Of a stretch of 50,767 nucleotides of DNA, positions 49,690 to 50,767 are shown piece after piece. The first letter of the stretch is position 1, and each line of letters starts with the position of its first letter. The notes beneath the pieces were generated by a model. That model was not told where the DNA came from. It made no database searches and saw nothing but the letters and a program-made list of their open reading frames with translations. The translations under genes and the position numbers were made by a program. The stretch spans positions 1 to 50,767 of the forward strand of contig CAURIB010000001.1 of the NCBI GenBank assembly GCA_963524795.1. Reading direction: 5' to 3'. Origin of the DNA: an uncultured Streptococcus sp. (GTDB lineage: Bacteria; Bacillota; Bacilli; Lactobacillales; Streptococcaceae).

Positions 49690-50468
49690 TCATTCTCCTT
49701 CGATGATTTTAACCTCTTTTTGGATAGTGGCAACATCTCTTTGATATTGTGCTTCATCGTAGTTAATCAATTTGGACAATTCTTTTGCAATCTTTCTCCC
49801 ATGGGTTTCATGGTCGCAAAAGTTAAGCCACCTGATAGGACTCCACCTAAGATAGGAATAACTTTTCCCATCCCCTTAGCCAATCCTCCCTTAGTCAGAT
49901 TCACTCCAAAGATTTTCAGAGCTTTTTCCAAAATTGGATACCAAAGAGTCTTTGTCAAAGCCTTTTTGTTTACAATTTTCATCACTTGCTTAGCAACTGT
50001 AACACCACCAGAACGAAGTAGAGCGCCCGCACCATTTACTCCCAACATCACTCCCAGATAGAGCAAGAGGGTATTTTTAGCTTCTTCGCTCAGCTCATTT
50101 CGCGAAGCCCAGAGATCATCATAGCCGTAAATATAGCCTAGCTCCTGGGCTAGTTTTAATGAAAATGCGTAAAATTGGGCTACATCTGTCGGAATGGTAA
50201 CTGCCATGGCAATACCTCCTGGCAAACCTGCCAAAACAGATGTCCCACTTGCCAGTAAAACATTATCTTTAATACAGGCATTGGCCACTTGATCTAAGGT
50301 TTCCTTAGGTAATAAAGCTGTCGGCCCTTCTTCCAATAATCTAGGAATATCCTTTGAAGCCACTTTCTTAGAGAATTTATCCATTAAAAATTTTGACCGG
50401 TTCACTTTGACGACAGGAAGTTTTACTACCTGTTGCAACACATGCATCGCCACATCTTCTTTAGCCAT
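49690..50468 (-). pseudogene. EcsC-like protein with an apparent 1-nt frameshift near the 3' end
   Basis: The ORF stops at 49767 (LQKNCPN). Adding one A to the run at 49783-49786 gives LQKELSKLINYDEAQYQRDVATIQKEVKIIEGE, which ends 1 nt before the next ATG. Confidence 0.65.
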
Positions 50469-50600
50469 CTCTATCTCCGTTTTTCATTCATATCAAGCTT
50501 TATCTTATCATATTTATGGAATAAATGATATTTTCAAGATTTATTTTCTTGATTTCTACTCATCTAATCTGACTAGACAATGACCTACTTATAGACACAC

Positions 50601-50624
50601 AAAAAAGAGGGTTGCCCCTCTTTC
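50601..50624 (-). terminator. rbfA operon terminator
   Basis: AAAGAGGG-ttgc-CCCTCTTT with a U-tract on the minus strand. Confidence 0.75.
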
Positions 50625-50627
50625 TAC

Positions 50628-50767
50628 TTAATGTTTATCCAGATTGCGTAGCATCTCGTCAATCTTGTTTCCATATTCGATGGATTCGTCTTTGACGAAA
50701 GTTAAGTCTGGAATTTTGTACAATTTCAAATTGCGACCAAGTTCACGTTTGATGGTGCCAGTTGCTT
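50628..50767 (-). CDS. rbfA: ribosome-binding factor A, 3' end only
   Basis: Minus frame reads [45 protein letters not shown]. Confidence 0.92.
   Translation of the reverse strand, partial: ATGTIKRELGRNLKLYKIPDLTFVKDESIEYGNKIDEMLRNLDKH

Overview
A 50.8-kb chromosomal segment from a low-GC mitis-group Streptococcus. The assignment rests on a BOX element, ComE and cin boxes, and pneumococcus-like fab, gat, arc and groE loci; the species cannot be fixed from sequence alone. It runs from the 5' end of rplK to the 3' end of rbfA. Housekeeping content: FMN riboswitch-ribU-PAP2, trmL with an upstream ncRNA, trkAH, arcABCDT, prfC, gatCAB, efp-asp23-nusB, the complete FASII cluster (fabM to accA), lysC, T-box-serS, groESL and ssbB. 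No prophage, cas genes or transposase were seen. Most notable items: (1) an array of four ~80-nt modules between arcT and prfC, each with fixed flanks and an exact 16-7-16 hairpin whose sequence varies compensatorily; (2) a ComE-box-driven, BriC-like double-glycine peptide with a divergent mature part, followed by a duplicated ComE-box/CAAX-protease unit; (3) two near-identical 175-bp MITE-like elements sitting next to promoters; (4) a ~100-nt hairpin inserted in the FMN riboswitch; (5) a Tim44/Zn-ribbon plus SPFH gene pair; (6) tandem TMEM164/YwaF paralogs with Cys versus Ser at the putative nucleophile; (7) an unannotated 50-aa membrane protein and a frameshifted EcsC-like gene. All family assignments come from motif recognition and recall, not from database searches.
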